DNA of 64,000 nucleotides from Nemertoderma westbladi (Eukaryota > Animalia > Xenacoelomorpha): positions 1-64,000 of the forward strand of contig JAUCBJ010001712.1 of the NCBI GenBank assembly GCA_032718475.1, read 5' to 3'. Below the pieces are notes generated by a model, which saw only the letters and a program-made list of their open reading frames with translations, had not been told where the DNA came from and made no database searches. The translations under genes were made by a program, and so were the position numbers. Each line of letters begins with the position of its first letter. The first letter of the stretch is position 1. Positions 1-12,574 of the stretch are shown here, one piece after another.

Positions 1-149
1 GGTTACTGTATTTGGAATCTGCGGTTAATTTAACACTAAAAGAAGTATCACAAGTTAACTTTTCTCTAAATGTTACAGAAACGGACTGCGAATAGTTTTG
101 TATGCTTTTTCAAGAAAAAATACCTTAAATCTCCTAAAATATGACAAGT

Positions 150-2385
150 CAAAATCGCAATTTTGAAATGAAATTTTGACAAAATGACATGTCAAAATGT
201 CAATTCGAAAGTGACATTTTGGCTAAATGACACTTATATTTGCACTTGTACATGTACTTGTACTTGTACTTGTACTTGTACGTGTACTTGTACGTGTACT
301 TGTACTGGTACTGGTACTGACATTTTGGCAAAATGACATGTCAAAATGTCAATTTGAAAGTGACATTTTGGCAAAATGACATGTCAAAATGTCAATTCGA
401 AAGTGGCATTTTGGCAAAATAACACGTCAAAATGTCAATTCGAAAGTGACATTTTGGCAAAATGACATGTCAAAATGTCAATTTAAAAGTGACATTTTGG
501 CAAAATGACATTTTGGCAAAATGACATGTCAAAATGTCAATTCGAAAGTGACATTTTGGCAAAATGACATGTCAAAATGTCAATTTGAAAGTGACATATT
601 GGCAAAATGACATTTTGGCAAAATGACATGTCAAAATGTCAATTCGAAAGTGACATTTTGGCAAAATGACATGTCAAAATGTCAATTTGAAAGTGACATA
701 TTGACAGATTGACATTGTGGCAAAATAACACGTCAAAATGTCAATTCGAAAGTGACATTTTGGCAAAATGACATGTCAAAATGTCAATTTGAAAGTGACA
801 TTTTGGCAAAATGACATTTTGGCAAAATGACATGTCAAAATGTCAATTCGAAAGTGACATTTTGGCAAAATGACATGTCAAAATGTCAATTTGAAAGTGA
901 CATATTGGCAAAATGACATTTTGGCAAAATGACATGTCAAAATGTCAATTCGAAAGTGACATTTTGGCAAAATGACATGTCAAAATGTCAATTTGAAAGT
1001 GACATATTGACAGATTGACATTTTGGCAAAATGACATGTCAAAATGTCAATTTGAAAGTGACATTTTGGCAAAATGACATGTCAAAATGTCAATTTGAAA
1101 GTGACATTTTGGCAAAATGACATTTTGGCAAAATGACATGTCAAAATGTCAATTCGAAAGTGACATTTTGGCAAAATGACATGTCAAAATGTCAATTTGA
1201 AAGTGACATATTGACAGATTGACATTGTGGCAAAATGACATGTCAAAATGTCAATTTGAAAGTGACATTTTGGCAAAATGACATGTCAAAATGTCAATTT
1301 GAAAGTAACATTTTGGCAAAATGACATTTTGGCAAAATGACATGTCAAAATGTCAATTCGAAAGTGACATTTGGCAAAATGACAATCAAAATGTCAATTT
1401 GAAAGTGACATATTGTCACATTGACATTTTGGCAAAATGACATGACAAAATGTCAATTCGAAAGTAACATTTTGGCGAAATGACATGTCAAAATGTCAAT
1501 TCGAAAGTGATATTTGGCAAAATGACATGTCAAAATGTCAATTCGAAAGTGACATTTTGGCCAAATGACATTTTGGCAAAATGACATGTCAAAATGTCAA
1601 TTCGAAAGTGACATTTGGCAAAATGACAGTCAAAATGTCAATTTGAAAGTGACATATTGTCACATTGACATTTTGGCAAAATGACATGACAAAATGTCAA
1701 TTCGAAAGTAACATTTTGACAAAATGACATGTCAAAATGTCAATTCGAAAGTGATATTTGGCAAAATGACATGTCAAAATGTCAATTCGAAAGTGACATT
1801 TTGGCCAAATGACATTTTGGCAAAATGACATGTCAAAATGTCAATTCGAAAGTGACATTTGGCAAAATGACAGTCAAAATGTCAATTTGAAAGTGACATA
1901 TTGTCACATTGACATTTTGGCAAAATGACATGTCAAAATGTCAATTTGAAAATGACATTTTGACAAAATGACATGTCAAAATGTCAATTCGAAAGTGACA
2001 TTTTGGCAAAATAGCATGTCGAAATGTAAATTTGAAAGTGACATTTTGGCAAAATTACATGTCAAAATGTCAATTTGAAAATGACATTTTGACAAAATGA
2101 CATGTCAAAATGTCAATTCGAAAGTGACATTTTGGCAAAATGACATGTCAAAATGTCAATTCGAAAGTTACATTTTGGCAAAATGACTTGTCAAAATGTC
2201 AACTTGATAATGACATTTTGGCAAAATGACATTTTGGCAAAGTGACATGTCAAAATGTCAATTTGAAAGTGACATATTGACACATTGACATTGTGGCAAA
2301 ATGACATGTCAAAATGTCAATTTGAAAGTGACATTTTGGCAAAATGACATGTCAAAATGTCAATTTGAGAGTGACATTTTGGCAA
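150..2385. repeat. Satellite array, 43-bp monomer (gtgacattttggcaaaatgacatgtcaaaatgtcaatt[t/c]gaaa) with interspersed short sub-repeats
   Basis: Dozens of near-identical tandem monomers are read directly; each is built from palindromes (cattttggcaaaatg, tgacatgtca). Confidence 0.97.
233..318 (-). repeat. Inverted copy of the (AGTACA)n array embedded in the satellite
   Basis: Its reverse complement matches ~3020-3110, including the variants gtacca, gtacac and gtgcaaatataagt. Confidence 0.85.
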
Positions 2386-4235
2386 AGTACAAGTACAAGT
2401 ACAAGTACAAGTACAAGTACAAGTACAAGTACAAGTACAGGTACAAGTACAAGTACAAGCACAAGTACAAGCCCAGTACCGGTACCAGTACAAGTACAAG
2501 CACAAGTACCGGTACCAGTACCAGTACAAGTACACGTACACGTACAAGTACAAGTACACGTACAAGTACAAGTACAAGTACAAGTACAAGTACAAGTACA
2601 GGTACAAGTACAAGGACAAGTACAAGTACAAGTACCGGTACCAGTACAAGTACAAGTACCAGTACAGGTACAAGTACAGGTACAAGTACAAGGTCAAGTA
2701 CAAGTACAAGTACAAGTACAAGTACAAGTACAAGTACAAGTACAAGTACAAGGACAAGTACAAGTACAAGTTCAACATCAAGTACAAGTACAAGTTCAAG
2801 TACAAGTACAAGTACATGTACAAGTACAAATATAAGTACAAGTACAAGTACAATTACAAATACAAATACAAGTACAAGGACAAGTACAAGTACAAGTACA
2901 AGTACAAGTACAAGTACAAGTACAAGTACAAGTACAAGTACAGGTACAAGTACAAGTACAAGCACAAGTACAAGCCCAGTACCGGTACCAGTACAAGTAC
3001 AAGCACAAGTACCGGTACCAGTACCAGTACCAGTACAAGTACACGTACAAGTACACGTACAAGTACAAGTACAAGTACAAGTACAAGTACATGTTCAAGT
3101 GCAAATATAAGTACAAGTACAAGTACAAATACAAGTACAAGTACAAATGCAAATATAAGTACAAGTACAAGTACAAGTACAATTACAAATACAAGTTCAA
3201 GTACCAGTACAAGTACAAGTACAAGTACAAATACAAGTTCAACTTCAAGTACAAGTACAAGTACAAGTTCAAGTTCAAGTTCAAGTACAAGTACAAGTAC
3301 AAGTACATGTACAAGTACAAATATAAGTACAAGTACAAGTACAATTACAAATACAAGTACAAGGACAAGTACAAGTACAAGTACAAGTACAAGTACAAGT
3401 ACAAGTACAAGTACAGGTACAAGTACAAGCACAAGTACAAGCCCAGTACCGGTACCAGTACAAGTACAAGCACAAGTACCGGTACCAGTACCAGTACCAG
3501 TACAAGTACAAGTACACGTACAAGTACACGTACAAGTACAAGTACAAGTACAAGTACAAGTACAGGTACAAGTACAAGGACAAGTACAAGGACAAGTACA
3601 AGTACAAGTACAAGCACAAGTACCGGTACCAGTACCAGTACCAGTACAAGTACAAGCACAAGTACCGGTACCAGTACCAGTACCAGTACCAGTACAAGCA
3701 CAAGTACACGTACAAGTACACGTACAAGTACAAGTACAAGTACAAGTACAAGTACACGTACAAGTACACGTACAAGTACAAGTACAAGTACAAGTACAAG
3801 TACAAGTACAAGTACAAGTACAAGTACAGGTACAAGTACAAGGACAAGTACAAGTACAAGGACAAGTACAAGTACAAGTACAAGCACAAGTACCGGTACC
3901 AGTACCAGTACCAGTACAAGTACAAGTACAAGCACAAGTACCGGTACCAGTACCAGAACCAGTACCAGTACAAGCACAAGTACACGTACAAGTACACGTA
4001 CAAGTACAAGTACAAGTACACGTACAAGTACACGTACAAGTACAAGTACAAGTACAAGTACAAGTACAAGTACAAGTACACGTACAAGTACAAGTACAAG
4101 TACAAGTACAAGTACAAGTACAAGTACAGGTACAAGTACAAGGACAAGTACAAGTACAAGGACAAGTACAAGGACAAGTACAAGTACAAGTACAAGCACA
4201 AGTACCGGTACCAGTACAAGTACAAGTACCAGTAA
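2386..4235. repeat. Hexamer microsatellite (AGTACA)n with higher-order variant blocks
   Basis: About 1.85 kb of gtacaa with recurring gtacca/gtacac/gcacaa/ggacaa variants. All overlapping long ORFs (TS, YK, VQ, LV repeats) are artefacts of the repeat. Confidence 0.98.
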
Positions 4236-6929
4236 CCGATACCAATAACCGATATTGATATTGTAATCGACATTGAAACCAATGGCATTACATAACACCG
4301 CATATATAATAATAAATTTCGAATAAGGTTATTCTTCATACTGATTCTTAGTTCTTTATATAAATAGAAAGATCAATTTACAGCGAATCTAAAGAATTTT
4401 AAACCAGCATTTTTCATCCACGAGAACCCAAGATACAGCTATCACAATAATACCTATGTCCCACACTATGCATTATCTTCTAAGAAATAATATCCCCTCC
4501 CTTCCCCTTATTAATTCTACAATAGGAATAGTGTCACACACCACCACGTGGCACATTACGAATTTACTTCGGACGCTAGAGACGCTACACACAGACGGCT
4601 GGGGGGGGGGGGGGGGGGATGCCGCTAGAGACATCACCTTTTTAAACGCTAAGGACTGGCCCTTACCATGGTATTACTATGGTTACTCCATGTTATCCTA
4701 TCGAGCGATATTGCAAAAAAAACATAATGTCAATTCAGCTATGCCCATTGGCTGACTTACACACATGTCAAAACAACACTTTCACAAAAATGTCTTTGAT
4801 TTTCAAAAATGTCTTTCACACATTTCTTGAGTAAGTAATCTACAAAAATTATTAACTTAAATTACAAAACATTTCTGCTGTTAATTAAGTGAAAATATCA
4901 AGCGTTTCTTTACGTCATCTTCATATGCTTTTTTGCACCTAAATAACAGCTTAAAAGTGAGAATTACCTTATCTTTCAGAACCTCAATTTTCTATTTTTC
5001 GTTTTCTATTACAACTCGTTAGGTTATCAATTAATGCTGTCTTTCCGCTTCCAGAAACACCAACCACACCAACTTTAATAAGGTCAAACATAATTGTTTT
5101 AATTATTATTATTAATTTAATAACATATGTTAGATTATCATATTCAGTGATATACACTTCCCTTATGTTGTAGGCCTAGCTAATTTTCGAGAGGGAAAAT
5201 ACGATAACATAGATAAACCTTTTCTGTATTCGACATTACAAAGCAGAAAAGTTACTTGAGGATTGGAGTGTATTTACTAATATATAATATTGACTATAAA
5301 TAGTGCTTTGGTAATGTTTGGTTTTGTCCGCAATTATGATTGGTTAATTAAATGTAATTTATCTAATATAAAATATAACGATGTCATACATTGATACATA
5401 TCTACAGTACAAGGTTCCTATTACATCACGTCATGTTATTGAAATACATTTAAACTCTCTGTAGCAATAATATAACAATACAGTTCAACTCAAGGGTTAT
5501 TATAGCCTACAAATTGTGTGAATTAAATGCCGTGGCACGCAATAGGAAGCGAGTTAATGTAATGGAATGAATCCTTTCGTGGTCATTAATATTTATGACG
5601 TAGTGAGTGTCTTGAGCCACGGCTATTATAATATATTATTAGTTGACTATATATAGAGTTATTCCACGGTTCTCATGCGACTTCATTGGTTAGGTATATT
5701 TTTAAACAATAGATAAATAAAATTTGAATAAAAACAATTCAATGCGCCATTTATGACACTACGGTGACCTCGGAGGCGCTCATGTAAACGCTGTTCTGTC
5801 TGACCGAGATACCACAAGTGTAGATGCAGTTTACATTTAATAAAATATATCACATTAAATTACTTGCAGTTAAGTCACCCATGGATGGGATCACCCCATG
5901 GTGTCCAGCGCTGGTCTAGAACGGCCGAGCAGCATTTGCAACGAGGCCAATTGCAAGAGTGGTTACCAAGAGGCAGATCCGGGACTAATTTTGTGATCAA
6001 CATCTTTCCTAACGTTTGGAGGTTACGCGTGACCATTTGGACACTAATAATACCTACATAGCAAACGTATTTGCGGAATTCAGGTGCTAGGACAGGCAGG
6101 AACTGTGGGGTCGTAGGGAGATATATAGAGGTGTATTTTGGCCCACTGGATGTAGTCTTATTTAAATTTTGGGGCGCTGAAGGAACAGCCCTCTCTGTTG
6201 GTAAAGGCGAATGTTGCATGATCGGCACCGGACCAAGAGGTGCTGGGTTCGACGCATGGAGGGAGATGAGGAATTCCAGCGGATGGCCACACGGTTCTCA
6301 CACAATTTGAGGTACTGGTGTTTATAACATGTGAACAAATGGTTTGAGTCAGTTAAACGGCGAATACGCAAAATGTCCGATTTCACCACGGGCCGATGCC
6401 GGTAGCGTAGGTTTATGTAAACTAGAGTGCATAATAGGTAGTTTATTAGCCATTGGTTTTCTAAATAAACGAGTTTTAAGGGTGTAAGCATTGTAATATC
6501 AAGGTAATCGACATTACCATGGGATTACTCCATTGTAAATTGGATGGCATCACTGTTATATAGATTCCTACAAGCTGAGTTGAATGCAGTCTTCACGAAC
6601 TCGAAATGCTCATCTGTGAGTCGCTCATCGTAAATGGCAAAACTATCATCCACCAGAGTTCAAAAGAATGATGGAGTCCGTAACGAAATCGTTATCGCCC
6701 TCTAGAATACTTTATATGAACTGATTTTAGAATAATCACTACTGTGGTGACCGCCTATTGGTGCATCTGCGATTTGCAGGTAGTACATAGTTGAATAAAA
6801 AGTTGTGGTATAAAAGAATCCGTAAAATTCATGTGTGTTGAGTTGCTGTAAAAATAGATGAGAGTGTAGGATTATCAGAAAGTAAATTCATGGCTGCCTT
6901 AATAACCAATTCATAAGGGATGCCCGTAA

Positions 6930-7130
6930 ACATGTGGGGCGAGCCACGAAGTGAGTGAGCCTTAGCGTAGTGGTACCATTAATCAACCTGTCGTTCTGTC
7001 GTTCTGTCGTTCTGTCGTTCTGTCGTTCTGTCGTGTTCAATTTTAAACGTTAATAACTCGGCCAATCTTTGATGAAATCTATCCAAACTTGGTACACATG
7101 TTGTTTGGCAAAAGTTTAGAAATTTTCCAA
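6930..7130 (+). mobile_element. Possible DINE-1/HINE-like (Helentron-associated) non-autonomous element 5' core with (CTGTCGTT)n microsatellite
   Basis: (ctgtcgtt)x6 at ~6988-7034 is followed by aaacgttaataactc...aaacttggtacacatg, a layout typical of these elements. The 3' end is not firmly located. Confidence 0.4.
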
Positions 7131-7960
7131 GTAGAATTTCCGTGTGGCCTTCGAGAAGCTAAGGTAATAGCAGTTAATTAGTTAATTAAGTTGATTGCGG
7201 TGAAAACGCCATTTTCAACCTGCCTTTTAAAGGAAATTAATTGTTTTACAGTATAAGATTTAAATAATTATACTTAAAAATTATACAGATATAATCCCCA
7301 TACGCCATTCTATTATAGTTTTTAATTAGTTTAAGTGATTTGCTTTAATAAATGTGTCTTTAATTGATCTAAACGTAATTAAACCGCACAATTATTGAGT
7401 ACAAATTTAATCCTTCCCATTATTGGTCAAGTCTCTGCTGGTGTGGAGCTAGCTGCTGGGAGTTGTGGCTGTAGAATAACCTGAGAGGAATTGTAATAGA
7501 GGCTACCAGTATTGCTATTCCAGCCCAATCACTGAATTGTGTTTATTATAGGCTGGACGGGCCGCATAACCGTTCGACTATTACTACTATTGCTATCTCA
7601 GTTAAATGACAGATATAATAACATAAATACAATCCATGGCATGGCTGTTGTAGGCTTCTGAAATAGTTTATTCCACAATGTATATGTCTGGTTATTTTTT
7701 AATTGAATTTTTGCAAAGTAGTAAAATTAATGTTCTTAAAAATAATATTATTATTTTATATGTAACCTAGGAAATTAGCTACATTTTTTCGCTGCAGCTT
7801 TAAGAGTGTACATTGATTTAATATTATTTCAATACCCATATTACTACATCGGCATAAGATGCGTTGGCGTTGTATCACACATCTCCACATATCACACATC
7901 TCCACATAGATGTATCAACAGTTACTCGCACAGTTTCGAAACTTCGCATAGTTATAACTG

Positions 7961-8250
7961 TATAAAGATCGTCAGTCTGCGTTTAGGAAAAATATTTTAT
8001 GACAAAACAGGACAAGCGACGAGCGCAACGAGGCATATAATGAAGACGAGTACTGCGTTGACTAAATTATTATATAAACCACCTGGCTTCACATATTGAT
8101 CGCATCCCTAGTTATTATTATTATAAAGATCGTCCTAGCATGCGTTTAAGAAATATATTTAAATACAAAACAGGACGAACGCAAAGAGGCTTATAATGAA
8201 AACGAGTACTGCGTTTATTATATTCCTATAAACCACCTGGCTTTGCATAT
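7961..8250. repeat. Diverged ~160-bp tandem duplication
   Basis: tataaagatcgtc...acaaaacaggac...acgagtactgcgtt...tataaaccacctggctt occurs at ~7961-8090 and ~8121-8243. Confidence 0.8.
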
Positions 8251-11200
8251 TTAACGTGCGATTGGAAATAAGTTCGTGCTACCCTTCCGTGGGTGGTAGA
8301 TGTCGCGGTTATGTATTGGTGGTTGGGAAGGGTGGGGGGGGGGGGGGGGGGAGATTAAAAGGGGTGAACACGTACTGTCCACCTTTCTTTGATTGATTGG
8401 TGGTGTGGGTAAATTTCTCAAAACCTGATTTTGTGATACAGTCGCTGCATTTTAATTTGTATATAATAACTAGGCCTCGTGCTGCGCGAAGTCCCCACGA
8501 ACGTGTCGATTAGGTACATCGATTTTGACTAAAATAAAATGGGAATTATTGGCATATTGTAGGCATGGCTTGTTTCAGATCGTTTATTTTTAGATAGTTA
8601 TCAGCAGTTGTTACGGTAACGGAGTTGTGCGACTGCACGCCACACCGTAAACCTGACCTTGCGCGACTATGTACGTGGCCCGCCAGGTGTGGATGGTTCA
8701 TACAGTTAAATAATGAGTTTGATGTTTCTGTAGACTATAATATGTATATTGTTCGTTGATAAATTATGAAATTGTTAACGTAACTGAATATAGAGCTGAT
8801 GGTGAATAATAACTGTACAAATTGATTCTTAATGGCTAGGTACTGACTGACCGGTACAAACTAGTTCGCTACATCCAATCTAAAATGCTCACACAACTGG
8901 CTAATAATTAGGTTACAATATATTATATACTCACAACTAGAGACGGGCCTAGCGGCCCGTGAAGCAAGTCGTAGGAGACAGTACGAGTCAAGTAAAAGCT
9001 TTTTGTTCTGTCTGATAATAAATTAGTGTGAACGTAGTCCCGGTGGTGTACGAGAAATTTTCTAGACAACTTCAAACTATAATTATTATGTTGTAATCAT
9101 CTAATGAATTATAAAAGCTGTTGTGATTATAGAACGTAAATAGCGATCGGCATTCAACACGAAATCGCGCGGTAGTGTCTTTACGTTATTAGCCTTACAT
9201 CGCAGACTGTAATTATCTAAGTTCAGTGCTGTTCACGAACCGGTGTTGCAAATGTAAATCAGGGTGGAAATTGCAGTCTGCCCGGGGGTCGGGTCTGTGA
9301 AGCCGGCTGTGGATTCGCTTTGTTCAGCTCCTGTAATAACTCAATAGGTGGTGTTGGTTCATAAGCATCCGTATTCGCGGCTGGGAGTAGTTCTTTGCGG
9401 GCCGCCGTTGGTTGCGAACGAGTATGAGATAGTTGCGTGGCAGTACTAACCTTGGGAGTAGCAGAAGTGTTTGAGGCTACAGGAACTTGAGTGACACGAT
9501 GCAGTTGGCCAGATGTTTGAGGGGGCGTTGCTGATTGGTCATCCGAGCAAGTGTCCGAGCAAGTGTCATGCAATATGGTATGGGGAATGGATTCGTATCT
9601 TGAGGGTGGGAGGGGTCCAGAACTCGGAGTAGTCGGTTGGACGGAACAAGTCCTTTTGCTACATCTAAATACACTACAATACGCTACAGTATATAGTAAC
9701 TATATATAATATATTGTTTAAGGTGGTGGTGGTGGTGGGAGGGGGGGGGGGGGGGGGGGGGGGGGCACCATTTTCGGACAACTCTTCGATTTATCACTAT
9801 TAGCGTTTCAAAATGGTTTGGTTTTGGCTATGTTTAAATTATAATAGTAATTAAATGCCAGCTTGACTGGTGCTGCGCGAATCTGCGCGAATAAACTAAC
9901 TAAACTATAATTTGGAATATAGGCACCTAAGATGCTATTCTACATGACGGGTGAGAAAAATTTTATTTTTCGCTATTTAATATCAGTTAATACTAGTTAA
10001 CAATAAAAAAAACTTAGTTGCGCTTAAAACCCTAAGGCTTTTACAGTTTTGAATCTAATCACATGAAAGTTTTTTTATATGATAGATCAAAGATGGGGCA
10101 ACATAACTATCAGGCGAAATTTTGTGAAAATAATTCTGCACCGCTAGGTGGCACTGCAAATTTGTGCTAATTTATTAGGTTTGTTATAAATAGTATTAAA
10201 TTTTATTAATAAAAAATTTCGAAAAGTTGCCTGAAAATTTTATGCAGAGTGCCTATGTAGACAACCACAGAAATTTTCTTAATAATTGCTCAAAAATTAT
10301 AGAAGTAGTAGGGTTTGAAGTTGACAATTTATATATTACATTATTACATTATAATATACAATACATAGTAATACTGTAGTAATTTCATAGGTCTCCCTAA
10401 ATGGAAATTGTTATAACTTGAAAACTAAGAGCTATTAAATAGCGGTTTTCAGATTTGCAAACACCATTTAAACATGTAGTAAACATATGAGCCTCATGTT
10501 TGCTTCTCCAGCAGTGCCCACTGAATCTTAATCTGCATTCATGGAGGGTGGTTGATACAGGTGGTATTTTCTACCATAAAGCTTGGCATTTGTCATGTGT
10601 AGGCTCCATAGTTTAGGGCTGCCCTTAATAATCTTGTGTAGCGACCATCAATTCGTTGTTCAAGTGATTTTGTCAGTGTCCCGGTGTCATCCCCGTCATA
10701 CACTTTACGCTGTGGCTCGAAAGAACTTAGTCTTCAGGTGCCTGGAGAGATCTGATTTCCAGATGGTATCCATTTTTGATAGAGCTACCCAAGCCTTTGC
10801 TTTCCTAACTTCTATATCTTTTTTGCTACTCTCTATCCATTACACAAGGTACTGGATGGAAGTCGTCCCTTAGTTGATTATTATTGTTTTCTTGATCAAT
10901 GACCTAGAATACCTGACCTTGACCTGACCTGACCCATGTAAAAAAACTGCTTCAAATGCATGTAGAACTAGTGCTGTGTTATTCGTATATGTTTTTATTC
11001 TGCTTGATATTGAGAACTGAATGCTTTATCGACGAATTGTTGAAGGATTTGAAACACTGCATTGTCCCTGACATGTAAATCCTCCGAACGTGTAGGAAAG
11101 TAAGTCTTATGTTACCCGAGGGAGTTGTAATCCATAAGCCATCGACACGGACGCGTAGCCTAATGCATGCTGAACTGGGAGGGCGTTACTTGACAAAATA

Positions 11201-12574
11201 CAGTATAGATAATCCCGATATCATTTGGTGTGGTACTGATTGTTTGCTTTGACGTGTTTAGTATTGTAACAACAGTTTGCGAATTCCGTTTGTGCAACAT
11301 TGTGTGAGTGCAAGAATTACGGGTGCATTTCCATTCGAATTGTTGATTGAGTCAGAGAGTTTACTTGTGTGGCTATGGTTTAATTTTGACATTATTGGTC
11401 ACCTGTTTGCGAAGCCAGGAGAGAGTAAGGCCTTTTACCTGCGGAAGTAAACACAAGGCAATCACTGCGTGTGAAGCGACTAATTACCAATAAATTGCTG
11501 CATTCATTACCAATCATATACTTAATAACTTGGTTAGCGTTTGTATGGTGTGTTACGGATGTTATTATTAAAATTGTATTACCCTTTTTATTTCAGTAAC
11601 CAAAGTAACTAAGTAACAAGTATTTTATTTGTCCTATCGTACATACATCCTACATATTACCATTGTTTTATTGTTATAAACCTGTAACGTTGTGTTACAG
11701 CCCCCCAAATATTGTAAGTAAGTTCTATTACCTATTTACTATAATAATCATTTATTACAACTCTCTTTTCTTTAGGCCGTTGAACTGTTTATTTAACGGA
11801 CAGTGACAGGCCCGACCTTAATATACATTAATCCTTGTTATTTAGAACAGAGGACCAGGCACCCCACGCCAATTTCACTCGGAACATAACTATTTGTTTG
11901 GATTACAGGTGAATTCAGACTAACATATTTATTCATAATAATAACATTTTTTGTAGAAATAATCTTGAACGCGGTTATAACTTAATTTAATTCCAAGGCA
12001 ATCTACAGCTTGCCCCACAACGACATTGCTTGCAGCCACTCAGTCATTGAGTACATCGACACAGCCACATACTTACCATAGGCGCACTGAGACATACAAA
12101 AAACTAGAGACTGAGACATTTTTTGTAGAAATAATCTTGAACGCGGTTATAACATAATTTAATTCCAAGGCAATCTACAGCTTGCCCCACAACTCTCTCC
12201 TGTCTACAAAAAAACTCCTTTGTTTACCATACTCTGTTGCGACATATTAACCATCCTCCACAATACATTACTGCTGCTTACTCGCCACTACTTGATGGAG
12301 ACATAACACATACCCACAAGTCCCTAAAAGGTGCCACCCTACTCCATAGCGCGGGAAATTCAAATGATTTGAAAGACATGTAATTTGTACTAGAAAGGGT
12401 GGCTCGCACGTGAGCAACTTTTTTTTTACAACTTTAATGGTACTACGTTTATTTATATTTTCATATCAATAGTACTGCTCTGCACATTGGACATAAGATA
12501 GATAAATTTACTAGGCCATCGAATTGTGTAGTACCCTCCACCAATAAAAAAAAATAAGCCAGTCCCACATTCCC

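Noticed and set aside
319-2385. CRISPR-like regular repeats
   Set aside because: The monomers are contiguous with no unique spacers, there are no cas genes, and the context is eukaryotic.
2301-4339. Ten long ORFs (TS, YK, VQ, LV, CT repeats)
   Set aside because: They arise from a stop-free hexamer repeat that is open in all six frames; there is no coding evidence.
5700-6500. Short ORFs and a possible L2-type 3' tail (minus strand, ~5720-5785)
   Set aside because: No recognisable domain; the similarity is too weak to call.
9259-9674. Pro/Thr-rich minus-strand ORFs resembling the end of an LTR-element pol
   Set aside because: No catalytic motif, PPT or LTR pair was found.
4600-9765. Poly-G tracts (4600, 8335, 9742; also 54961, 55158) as G-quadruplex elements
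   Set aside because: They are simple homopolymers with no consistent context, and their lengths are unreliable.
9718-10580. Possible Kolobok-type non-autonomous element starting ttaa-ggtgg
   Set aside because: A matching right TIR and TTAA TSD could not be established.
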